DNA from: Octopus vulgaris
Taxonomy: Eukaryota
Direction of reading: 5' to 3'
Assembly (NCBI GenBank): GCA_951406725.2
Contig: OX597825.1
Location: 71,548,001 to 71,612,000 of the forward strand
Length of the DNA stretch: 64,000 bases
The first letter of the stretch is position 1; each line of letters begins with the position of its first letter. The translations under genes were made by a program, and so were the position numbers. Shown piece by piece: positions 39,620 through 51,469 of this stretch. Below the pieces are notes generated by a model. The model saw nothing but the letters and a program-made list of their open reading frames with translations. It was not told the origin of the DNA and made no database searches.

Positions 39620-40517
39620 TATATACACACACACACATATATTTCGTTTTTGTATTTGGTTTACAAGATTCTTTATGTGAATTCATGTACTGAAGCATAT
39701 TTTGTTGTGTCAAGGTACTTAATTTATCGCCCCGAAAGGATGAAAGGCAAAGTCGACCTTGGCAGAATTTGAACTCAGAACGTAACACCCGACAAAATCC
39801 CGCTAAGCATTTCTCCCGGCATGCTAACGTTTCTGCCAGCTCGCTACCTTAAGAATATATTTCTACATTTCTACAGGTAACATTCCAGCCAATCCAGTTT
39901 AATCGGTAGAGTAATAAGTGTTGAAATAATATACAAAGTGAGGCAAAGGGGAATATAAACGATAGTTCATGTGTTACATTAAATGACAATTCATATAATT
40001 AGTACAAAATACGATCAAGACAGATTTAATTCAGCAGTGTTAAGTACTTGATCTATCAGGCTACTTTTTCTGAGAAACTGCTGCTTCACGGGAATGCAAA
40101 CAAAGAAACGAGAGACAGACATAAACACACACAAACACACACGTACACACACACACTCTACGTAGACTGAAAAATTATCTTAGATGTTAAAGACAACGGC
40201 TGTCAGCAACGTCCATGCTGAAATCTGAAGTCAGCAACAGATTGCACAACACTGTTAACACTCCCACCTACACAGCCAAGTAGTCCAGAAACAAGCAAGG
40301 GCAACATATGTAGCTTAACAATGACGTGGGTGTTATTTCAGAATTTCCTTATCCTACAGAGATGTTTAAACAAAGACTAAAGGCCTCACACCACCAGTTA
40401 TGGGATGGTCATTAACTCTTCTGTGTCCATTTGTCTTTTGATTCAATAGACTCGATGCTCTGCCAGGGAGTCAAATGCGTGCAACCTTATGACCATGAGT
40501 TGAAAACCCTAACTATT

Positions 40518-41588
40518 AGGCGCAGGAGTGGCTGTGTGGTAAGTAGCTTGCTTACCAACCACATGGTTCCGGGTTCAGTCCCACTGCGTGGCGCCTTGGG
40601 CAAGTGTCTTCTACTATAGCCTCGGGCTGACCAAAGCCTTGTGAGTGGATTTGGTAGACAGAAACTGAAAGAAGCCTGTCGTATATCGTCGTCGTCGTCG
40701 TCGTCATTTAACGTCCGTTCTCCATGCTAGCATGGGTTGGACGGTTCAACCGGGGTTCTGGGAAGCCAGAAGGCTGCACCAGGCTCCAGTCTAAATTTGG
40801 CAATGTTTCTACAGCTGGATGCCCTTCCTAACGCCAACCACTCCGTGAGTGTAGTGGGTGCTTTTTACGTGCCACCTGCACAGGTGCCAGGCGGGGCTAG
40901 CAACGGCCACGGTCAGATTGGTGTATTTTTATGTGCCACCGGCACGGAAGCCAGTCGAGGCGGTGCTGGCATCGGCCACGAGTCGGATAGTGCTTTTTAC
41001 GTACCACCAGACCAGGGATCCTGGCTGGTTCAATTCGATTTCGATTTCGATTTCGCTTGCCCCAACATGTCTTCACAAGCAAAGGGGGTTGGCAAGGGTG
41101 CCTGTCGTACGGTCGCATTGGAGTATTTTACGTGCCACGGCCACGAGTCGGATAGTGCTTTTTACGTACCATCAGACCAGGGATCCTGGCTGGTTCAATT
41201 CGATTTCGATTTCGATTTCGCTTGCCCCAACATGTCTTCACAAGCAAAGGGGTTGGCATGGGTGCCTGTCGTACGGTCGCATTGGAGTATTTTACGTGCC
41301 ACGGCCACGAGTCGGATAGTGCTTTTTACATACCACCAGGCCAGGGATCCTGGCTGGTTGTGTGAGTATATGTTTGTGTGTCAGTGTTTGTCACCCCAAC
41401 ATCGCTTGACAACTGATGCTGGTGTGTTTACATCCCTGTAACTTAGCGGTTCGGCAAAGAGACCGATAGACTAAGTACTAGGCTTACAAAGAATAAGTCC
41501 TGGGGTCAATTTGCTCGACTAAAGGCGGTGCTCCAGCATGGCCACAGTCAAAGGACTGAAACAAGTAAAAGACTAAAGAGTAAGAGTA
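40518..41588 (+). mobile_element. SINE family A with a nested opposite-strand RTE-3'UTR element (40687-41358)
   Basis: Head and core at 40518-40685, tail at 41360-41588. The nested element sits at the internal microsatellite and carries a ~165-bp internal tandem duplication. Confidence 0.85.
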
Positions 41589-42147
41589 TTAAGCTTAGAA
41601 ACTACGAGAGTGACTCAAGAGCAAATAGTTTTCTTGCCAAAATACATGTCAAACTCACCAAATTCTATTTATTTTCACATATAGACCCTTGAGTTACTCA
41701 TTCAACTTACTTCCCCAACACCTGTTTCACATACATGCATGCACACACACACACACACACATACATATGCACAGACATGCTTTGTTTCATATACTGAATT
41801 GTATTTCTCTTTGTAAAACCAAGCCAAACCTGTCTGGATGGGAACATATAAGTGTCTGTGTGAATTATTCATTGTGCATCAGTAAAATGCATTCAGCATA
41901 ACACAATGAGATTTGTTGACATTCAAATAAACCATTATGTAGCTCTCTGTTCTCGCAAAGACAAATGAAAGATAAGAAAATATATTTTTTTAAAAATAGT
42001 AAAGGGTCTGAAACAGGAAAGACATCTGACTGTAAAACAAGGCCTCAATATGTATTCACCCAACCCATGCTAGCATGGGAAAATGGGTAGGACACGAACA
42101 ATTATATATGTGGTTGTGTGGTAAGGAATTTGCTTCCTAAAAACATT

Positions 42148-42300
42148 GGATAGATAGATAGATAGAGAGAAAGAAAGAGAGATAGATAGATAGATAGAGA
42201 GAAAGAAAGAGAGATAGATAGATAGATAGAGAGAAAGAAAGAGAGATAGATAGATAGATAGAGAGAAAGAAAGAGAGATAGATAGAGATAGAGAGAGCTA
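42148..42300. repeat. (GATA)/(GA) compound microsatellite
   Basis: Direct inspection. Confidence 0.95.
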
Positions 42301-42317
42301 GAGAGATGGACATAGAT

Positions 42318-43195
42318 ATCATCATCAGTTAACATCCGTTGTCCATGCTGGCATGAGTTGGATCGTCTGACCAGGGCTGGCAAACTGGGAGCCTGCACCA
42401 GACTCCAGTCTGTTTTGACAGGGTTTCTACAGCTGGATGTCCATCCTAACGCCAACCACTCCAAGAGTGTAATGGGTGCTTTTATGTGCCATTGGTAGAG
42501 GTGCTATTTGCATGACACTGCGGTTTTACTTGGCTTGATGGGTCTTCTTCTCAAATGGACTCAGTCATTGCCTCCATGAGGCCCAATGCTCGAAGCACAG
42601 CATAATGCCAAATGGTCTCAGTCCTTGCCGCTGTGAGGCCCAATGCCCAGAAGGTGCTTTTACATGTCACCGGCATGGGTGGTCTTTGTGTGACACCGGT
42701 ACTTGCCACAACTGCAATTTTACTTGGCTTGATTATGGTTCTTCTCAAGCACAACATAATGCCAAAGATCTTGGTCATTGCCTCTGTGAGGTCCAACATT
42801 TGAAAGGAGCTCAACCACTTTGCCTCCATGAGGCTTGACACTTGAAAGGTGCTTTTTACATGTCACCTGCACAAGTGCCGCTTACGTGACACCAGACTGA
42901 AATTTCACTTGGCTTTTCTACTCAAGCACAGCATATCACCAAAGATCTTGGTCACTAATCATTGCCTCTGTGAGGTCCAAAGTTTGGAGATCATGCTTCA
43001 CCACCTCATCCCATGTCTCCTTGGATAAACCTCTACCACAGGTTCCTTCCACAGTTAGGGATTCATGCTTCTTTACCCAGCTGTCATCATCCATATGCAT
43101 CACATGACCAGACCAGTGCATTCATCTCTCTTGCACACTACATCTGATACTTCTTGTACCTAACTTTTCTCTCAATGTGATTACACTCTGTTGAA
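42318..43195 (-). mobile_element. RTE LINE 3' end (ORF2 C-terminus plus repetitive 3'UTR)
   Basis: MHWSGHVMHMDDDSWVKK...VEGTCGRG..KETWDEVVKHDL..LDLTEAM..D.DLW, running into the ggagtggttggcgttagga..catccagctgtagaaac...(gat)n tail. Confidence 0.85.
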
Positions 43196-43423
43196 CATAT
43201 ATATATATATATATCATCATCATCATTTAACGTCTGCTTTCCATGCTAGCATGAGTTGGACAATTTGACTGTGGACTGGTGAACCAGATGGCTGCCCCAG
43301 GCTCCAGTCTGATCTGACAGAGTTTCTACAGCTGGATGCCCTTCGTTACACCAACAGATGCCCTTCCTAACATATATATATATATATATAATCAAAAATA
43401 AGCAACAAGAATGACTCCGGTAA

Positions 43424-43511
43424 TTTGGTACAATTGTTTCACACTACAACATTTTATTAAAAGTTGTAATTATTACAGCAGATTTAAGATGCTGAGTGCT
43501 CTTCGGCCAAA
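43424..43511 (-). ncRNA. Putative type I minimal hammerhead ribozyme (Penelope-type), U4C core variant
   Basis: Minus strand: tttgg-CCGAAGA-gcactcagcatctta...taaaatgttgtagtgt-GAAA-C-aatt-GTA-ccaaa; palindromic stem III region caattg; inside a short (TA)n-flanked element. Confidence 0.65.
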
Positions 43512-43547
43512 AATATAGGTTTTCCAATAATACAAAAGCTTTTAAAT

Positions 43548-43594
<47 letters not shown>

Positions 43595-43599
43595 GATAC

Positions 43600-43820
43600 A
43601 CGTGAGATTTACTGGAAAGTTCCTGGTTTTAAGGGTATTGTAAAAAGCCTGGTTGGAGGCCCAACCTTCCCAGTTCTTTTACAGGGTTTAGGAAAATTGA
43701 AGGACCGCTGCAATAAGTGTGTGAACCTGGGAGGGGAATAGATTGAATAAAATCATCATTAACTTATGCTCCTGTATTTTCTTTCACCCAAAGCCAGGAA
43801 CTTTTCAGCACCCCCCTCAT
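43600..43820. mobile_element. Tc1/mariner-type MITE remnant
   Basis: Inverted ends tggaaagttcctggtttt / aaagccaggaacttttca. Confidence 0.6.
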
Positions 43821-43839
43821 GCATGTGTGTATGTGTGTG

Positions 43840-43877
<38 letters not shown>

Positions 43878-44224
43878 CAGATAGATATACACATCATATC
43901 ATCAAGTGATTATAATAAAAATTTCCTTTAACAAGAGAGGTATTAGTTGGTCAGTGCAATTTATGTAATTGATATTAGAGATTAGTCTAAAATACGTAAA
44001 AAAGCAAAACAAACAAAACTGTATGAAGAGAGAGAGAGAGAAGGAAGGAGGGAGGGAGGGAGGTTAATAAATAAATATATGTACTAAAAGAAGACAAAGA
44101 AATCTACTTGCATGACAGGAAAAGCAAGTTTAAACATGTAGTGCTTGTATTATTGTATTTATGAATGCTGTGGGTGCATGTATGTGAACATCATGTGCAT
44201 ATATACATATAATTATATTTACAC

Positions 44225-44259
<35 letters not shown>

Positions 44260-45279
44260 TATTTACACACAAATATATATATATATATATATATAATAAT
44301 TATATTTACACACAAATATATATATATATATATATCATCATCATCATCATCATCATCATCGTTTAACGTCCGCTTTCCGCGCTAGCACGGGTTGGACGGT
44401 TTGACCGGGTCTGGGAAGCCAGGGGCCGCACCAGGCTCCAGTCTGAATCTGGCAGAGTTTCTACGGCTGGATGCCCTTCCTAACGCCAACCACTCCGTGA
44501 GTGGATTGGGTGCTTTTTACGTGCCACCTGCACAGGGGCCGGAGGGTCCGGCATCGTCACGATCGGTTCGAGCATTTTAACGTGTCAGCGGCACGGGGGC
44601 AACGAGGTCCGGGGTACTTTGGGGATCCAGGGTACTTTGGGGATCTGGGGTACTTAGAATGAGTAGGGGGTATGTGGAATTGCTGCAGAAAGCAGCCCAG
44701 GTCTTTGTAGTCACAGCATTTATCGTCACTGAGTAAGGAAGGGTTGGTGTAGGTTCCTAAGAAATAAAGACATTCGTTATCGTCACTGAGTAACGTTATT
44801 AGGTAGAGGAAAGAATACAGATATTCTAGAGTTGAGTTGGGGAGGGGGGGTCCAGTTGAGGTGGGTAATATAGGGGAGCAACCAGTGGGGAAGGTTGGGG
44901 TAAGGAGGAACGATGGCAGGAAGGGTTGGTGTAGGTTCCTAAGAAATAAAAACGTAGGATATTACGAGGCGGGAGGGTGCTAAAGGGGGATAGTCGGAAT
45001 GAAGCAGTGTCCGGAGGAAGCGTAAGATCGGTGGGCAGTTGATGAGCTATGGCGCTAGCAGCTTGTCTTTTCACAGTGAAAGCATATGAGGAGAAGGGGT
45101 AGTGGGGGGAGGAGGAGGGAGTAGGGCTTACCCGGTGTAGATGAGTAAGGCGTATCCGGTGTAGATGGTGAGGACAGGGTATACTGGTATTGGTGGTGGG
45201 GGGTGAGGAACAGTGTTCACCAGTATTGGTGGTGTTGGCGGTGAGAACAGTGTTCACCGGTATTGGTGGTGGGGGTGAG

Positions 45280-45437
45280 AACAGTGTTCATCGGTATTGG
45301 TGGTGTTCATCGGTATTGGTGGTGTTCATCGGTATTGGTGGTGTTCATCGGTATTGGTGGTGTTCATCGGTATTGGTGGTGTTCATCGGTATTGGTGGTG
45401 TTCATCGGTATTGGTGGTGTTCATCGGTATTGGTGGT
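45280..45437. repeat. 19-bp VNTR
   Basis: Unit ggtattggtggtgttcatc, ~8 copies. Confidence 0.95.
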
Positions 45438-45457
45438 GGGGGTGGGGGGCGGGGCGC

Positions 45458-46398
45458 ACCGCCAATGGCTGAAAGATGGCTGAAAGATGGGAAGAGATGG
45501 GAAGAGATGGGATTACGGCTTGAGGTAGCCTCGCCTAAGGTTAAATTTTGTAGAGAGAGAGATAGAAAGATAAATCAAGTTATGGCGAAGGCTTGAAAGT
45601 AGCCTTAAAAGGTTAAATTTTCGTAACAATGTATGAATAAACGTAGTAACAACGAATGGAAATATTAAGATAAATTTTTAAAGAACTTGCTGCGGACATC
45701 GATCGGGAGTTGAAATTTAAGAAGTAAGTTAGTTGAATTGGGAATTTAAATTGTAGAATCGTAATGGTAAGAGGAGGAAAAAAGACCGCCAATGGCTGAA
45801 AGATGGCTGAAAGATGGCTGAAAGATGGGAAGAGATGGGAAGAGATGGGATTACGGCTTGAGGTAGCCTCGCCTAAGGTTAAATTTTGTAGAGAGAGAGA
45901 TAGAAAGATAAATCAAGTTATGGCGAAGGCTTGAAAGTAGCCTTAAAAGGTTAAATTTTCGTAACAATGTATGAATAAACGTAGTAACAACGAATGGAAA
46001 TATTAAGATAAATTTTTAAAGAACTTGCTGCGGACATCGATCGGGAGTTGAAATTTAAGAAGTAAGTTAGTTGAATTGGGAATTTAAATTGTAGAATCGT
46101 AATGGTAAGAGGAGGAAAAAAGACCGCCAATGGCTGAAAGATGGCTGAAAGATGGCTGAAAGATGGGAAGAGATGGGAAGAGATGGGATTACGGCTTGAG
46201 GTAGCCTCGCCTAAGGTTAAATTTTGTAGAGAGAGAGATAGAAAGATAAATCAAGTTATGGCGAAGGCTTGAAAGTAGCCTTAAAAGGTTAAATTTTCGT
46301 AACAATGTATGAATAAACGTAGTAACAACGAATGGAAATATTAAGATAAATTTTTAAAGAACTTGCTGCGGACATCGATCGGGAGTTGAAATTTAAGA
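45458..46398. repeat. Tandem repeat of 327/338-bp unit, ~2.8 near-identical copies
   Basis: Units start accgccaatggctgaaag at 45458, 45785 and 46123; they differ by one 11-bp subunit. Confidence 0.95.
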
Positions 46399-48079
46399 TA
46401 TATATATATATATATATAATAATTATATTTACACACAAATATATATATATATATATATCTTGATGTAATATAATTATATTTATGTAATTATATTACTTCT
46501 TAAGGCAAAGCAAAATGTGGTCCACATTACAATTTATCTATCAATTTTCCTGATATTTTATTTAGTTACTGAGAAATTCTGTGTCTATTTGTTTTTGACC
46601 TGTTTACCAGGTAAGTCTCAATTTACATAGGAAGGAAAAGAAAAAAAAAAACCCATCAAATATGGTGAAGATATATTTAGATACTGAAAATAGTTGAGTA
46701 GTCTAGATAAAAGTTCAAATTTCAAACAGTGTTTGGTAATCTACACATTTTTGCTGCTGCTGTTGATGTCCAGGTACTAAAGAGGTAAATTCTAGGAATA
46801 ATTATAATAATAATAATCCTCTCTATTATAGGTACGAAGCCTGAAATTTTGGGGAGGGGAACAGTCGATTACATTGACTCCAGTACACAACTGGTACTTG
46901 TTTTATCAACCCTTAAAGGACGAAGGGCAAAGTCGACCTCGGCAGAATTTGAACTCATAACATGAAGACAGACAAAATACCGCTAAGCATTCTGCCAGCT
47001 CACCACCTGAAGAATAATAATAATAATAATCCTTATTACTGTAGGCACAAGGCCTGAAATTTTGGGGGAGCGGATAATGTCCAGCTATGGAGAAATACTA
47101 CATTGCTTTGAAACAGGCAAAGGTTGGCAACAGGAAATGCATCCAGCATTAGAAAATCTGCCTCACAAAATTCTGTCTCACCCATGCAGGCAAGGAAAAG
47201 AGTATGTTAAAATAATGATGATGATGCTCTATGATGATGATAATAATAACTATTACTCTTATTGTTATCATTATTATTATTGTGGTGGTGGATTGGCATG
47301 ATCATACGAGCATCAGAAAGAATGCCTTGTGGTATTTCTTCTGACTCCTAACATTCTGAGTTCAAATTCTGCCAGGGGTTGAATTTGCTTTTCATCCCTC
47401 CAGGGATAATAAAATATAGTTGTCAAGTACTGAGAGCTGATGTAATCAATTAATTCCAACTCCTCAAAATTGTTGTCCTTATGCTTTAAGTCAGAAACAA
47501 TTATCAACACTGAACAGTGACACAAAGCCATAAATGTGTAGAGGGAAGGAGATAATCATTTAGATGACACCCAGCACTCAAACTTGGTGGTATTTATTAT
47601 ATCAGCCTTGGTAAGGTTTATATCTACAATACAGAAGAGTAATAAAACCACCACCATTACTACCACTTCCCCTGCTACCACCACCGCCATTACTAATATT
47701 CTTTTCTACTCTAGGCCCGAGGCCCCAAATTTTGGGGGAGGGGACCAGTTAATTAAATCGACCCCAGTATGCAACTGGCACTTAATTTACCAACCATGAA
47801 AAGATGAAAGGCAAAGTCAACCTCGGTGGAATTTGAACTCAGAACGTAAAGACAGACAAAATGCCGCTAAGCATTTTGCCTGACCTGCTAACGTTTCTGC
47901 CATTACTAATATTGTTTCTATTCAGGTGTGGCTGTGTGGTAAGAAGCTTGCTTCCTAACCACATGGTTCCGGGTTCAGTCCCACTGTGCAGCACCTAGGG
48001 CAAGTGTCTTCTACTGTAGCCTTGGGCCTACCAAAGCCTTGTGAGTGGATTTGGCAGACGGAAACTGAAAGAAGCCCGT

Positions 48080-48138
<59 letters not shown>

Positions 48139-48307
48139 GTATATATATATATACTCGCGGAGTGGTTGGTGTTAGGAAGGGCATCCAGCTGTAGAAACTC
48201 TCCAGATCAGACTGGAGCCTGGTGCAGCCCCTGGCTTCCCAGACCCCGGTCGAACCGTCCAACCCGTGCTAGCGCGGAAAACGGACGTTAAACGATGATG
48301 ATGATGA

Positions 48308-48375
<68 letters not shown>

Positions 48376-50124
48376 GTGTATGTGTTATGTGTGTGTTTGT
48401 CCCCCACCATCGTTTAACAACTAGATTTGGTGTGCTTTCATTCCTGTAATCTAGCAGTTCAGCAAAAGAGACCAACAGAATAAGAACCAAGCTTAAATAA
48501 AAAAAAAGTACTGGGTTTGATTCATTTGACTAAGAATTCTTCAAAGCAGTGCCTCAGCATGGCCACAGTCTAATGACTGAAACAAGTAAAAGAAAAGATA
48601 AAAGAAAAAAGATACTGTTACCGCTAACAATAATTACTATAACCAACAGAAGGTTCTAATATAGTAACACCGTTGAGGTGGTACTATATTCCAAAAGGAA
48701 TGCAAATTACTTGTCTAGTAAATTCGCCCAAGGCACAATTCTCCACAGCCCGTGTTCTCTTCAGAAGTTTCAAATCTCAATACAATCATTTCAAGTTGAA
48801 TCCATTCAGCCACTTCAACAGGAATTGCAACTTTGAAATATCATTTAATATTTATAATATAATCAATAGAATGTATATGAACCATTTTAAATTCTAATTT
48901 TAGAAATCTATTTCAAATCTTGCAAAAATGCTGGAGACAAATTACAAAAAAAAACAATCACCAAACAAGCTACATGGATTTAACCTGGTCTTTTTCGCAT
49001 CTCTCATACATTGTATATTGTCAACTTTGCCATTATTGCTGTAGCAGCTATTTTCCCATACCAGTAGACACTAGGTGGGTTTGTCAAAGAAAAAGCATCA
49101 TTCATGCATTGTGTTAACCTTCAGTCAACTTATCTGAAGCTTAATGTCTGCAGATCTGACTTCTCCCTGCATACTTTTGTCTGTTACTATTGTTATAGTT
49201 TCTGCTCTTTTGGACCTGGCTGGGTTCATGTTACCTCCACTCAAGCATGCCACAATATCAAGTTTCTGGAACTATGCCTCTGTTCATGTTTGTTTCTCAG
49301 GTGTTGACTTGCAATGGTTCAGGTGGAACATTATTAAAATCAATTCCACTGATTTCAGAGAGCATACAAAACCTATAAGCATTACCCATTCCTTCACACT
49401 TCACGGATGCTCTTCACTGATAGCACACAAAGCCCACATCAGCACAACTGACTCTCCTGCATACACTGACATCTTTGACTAACCCATTTGGAGGAAGAAT
49501 TTATTGAAATACCTTAATTGCTGTTAAGCTGGAGTTTGAAGCATAAATTAACATGAAATCTTAATGGCAAATTTTCATTTAGATATCATCATCATCATCT
49601 TCGTTTAACGTCTGCTTTCCATGCCAGCATGGGTTGAACGATTTGACTGAGGACTGGCGAACCAGATGGCTGCATCAGACTCCAATCTGATCTGGCAGAG
49701 TTTCTACAGCTGGATGCCCTTCCTAACGCCAACCACTCAGAGTGTAATGGGTGCTTTTACGTGCCACCGGCATGAAGGCCAGTCAGGCAGTACTGGCAAC
49801 GGCCACGCTCAAATGGTGCTTTTTATGTGCCACCTGCACAGGAACCAGTCCAGTGGCACTGGCAACGACCTCACTCGAATAATTTTTTCACGTGCCACCA
49901 GCACAAGTACCAGTAAGGCGATGCTGACAACGATCATGCTCAAAACAAAGAATTGGTATCACAAGCTATGGGCAGGTCCCAGACAGGTTAGTATCAAAAG
50001 GGTTCAAGCCCAACTACTCCCTCAGCCAACTTATACTCCACCTTCAAATCCAGTTGATATACAATATGAAAGAATGCACTTGTTTCATATCTTTTCAGTC
50101 ACAACTAGATTCAGTTTTCATCTC

Positions 50125-50357
50125 ACTCTGTCTGTCTCTCAGTCTTTCTCTCTGTTTCTCTGTCTGTCTGTTTGTCTCTCTGCTTCTCTGTTTATTTCTC
50201 TGTTTGTCTCTCTGTTTGTCTGTCTGTCTGTTTGTCTCTCTGTTTCTCTGTCTGTCTGTTTGTCTCTCTGCTTCTCTGTTTATTTCTCTGTTTGTCTGTC
50301 TGTCTCTCTGTTGTCTCTCTGTTTCTTTGTCTCTCTGTCTGTTTGTCTCTCTGTTTC

Positions 50358-50391
<34 letters not shown>

Positions 50392-50392
50392 C
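50125..50392. repeat. (TCTG/TC)n compound microsatellite
   Basis: Direct inspection; source of several spurious ORFs. Confidence 0.95.
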
Positions 50393-51060
50393 CTCCTTAC
50401 CATGTAGCATCACATCTTCACATTTTTTACACATGCCTCCTGTAATCCACCTTTTAGAGAAAGGCAGAAACACCGTTGCCAACAGAAACAACATCTCCCA
50501 AATTTTATTTATTCCTTCCTTTCTCAAGCAACTAAACTTCCATTATAGTCATACCTCTATTAACAAGAACACCTAATTAAAGCAAAAAAAAAAAAATCAA
50601 TAAATTACAATGAACCATTTCATCATTTCATGGACTTCGATTCAGGGATGTTCCAAACAGATCTGTCACACCTGAAGTTCTGATTCTCTCTCTCTCTCTA
50701 TTTCTCTCTCTCACTCTCTCTCAGTTTATCAGAGATCACCACCACAGCTTTTGTGTATCCAGTGCTTTTACTAATTATATAGATTCGAGCTTATACCAAC
50801 TAGCTTCCTACATATTGAACAAGACATGGTTGATAAAAATCTTTATTGTTGTTATAACACCTAAATTAGTACTGCATTTATCAAAGTCATTCAAGGAACA
50901 CCAGAGTACTGTGAAAAAAATAGGAGGGGGAGGGAAGGAGAGACAAGAGATAATGTACTTTTTTCTAACTAAAATATATAGTTTCTAATATAAGCACAAA
51001 ACCTGAAAATTGGAGGAGAGGCATAGTTGATCAGTTTATACCAACCCTAGTTCTTGACTA

Positions 51061-51469
51061 AGTGATGCCATCACTTTGTCTCCAACAATTCGGTGCGACA
51101 CCAGTGCAGAATCACCTCCCTCCGACAAGTCATCCTAACAAGACATCTGTGTTGGCTGGGTCATGCCCTCCGTCGTCAACCAGGAGAATTCATCTATGAA
51201 GCAATTGCCCCAGCTCCCCTTCAGGGTTGGTGAAAGCAATGTGGTGGACAACGAAAAACCTGGCTGATGACAGTCAAGGCTGATCTGGAACCCAACTTAG
51301 GCCCCCATATCTACAGCGTTCGCCACTGGAATAAGGAGTGATTGGAGATCACGCGGCCGTTAGCCTCAAATCGCCAGGCCTGGTCGGCGTTTGTGAGAGA
51401 TGCAGCATTGAGGATGAATGAAGCCAGCTCAACCCACCCCGGGTGAATGCTGTCTCAAGTCAAGTGAAG
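51061..51469 (+). mobile_element. 5'-truncated RTE LINE with TSD
   Basis: LCWLGHALRR...RKTWLMTVKADL...NRQAWSAFVRD; (caagt)n-like tail; 13-bp TSD tagttcttgacta (51048-51060, 51470-51482). Confidence 0.88.

Larger units (their letters stand above)
44336..46398 (-). mobile_element. Young composite retro-insertion (tandem ~330-bp 5' units, 19-bp VNTR, pyrimidine-rich body, RTE-type 3' end)
   Basis: CpG-retaining; (gat)n tail at 44336; flanked on both sides by ataataattatatttacacacaaatatat/(TA)n. Confidence 0.7.

Noticed and set aside
40737-41441. 234-aa ORF with an internal repeat
   Set aside because: Antisense reading of a duplicated retroposon 3'UTR.
49666-50576. Longest ORFs in the track (259 aa etc.)
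   Set aside because: Made of a retroposon plus a (TCTG)n microsatellite; low-complexity read-through.
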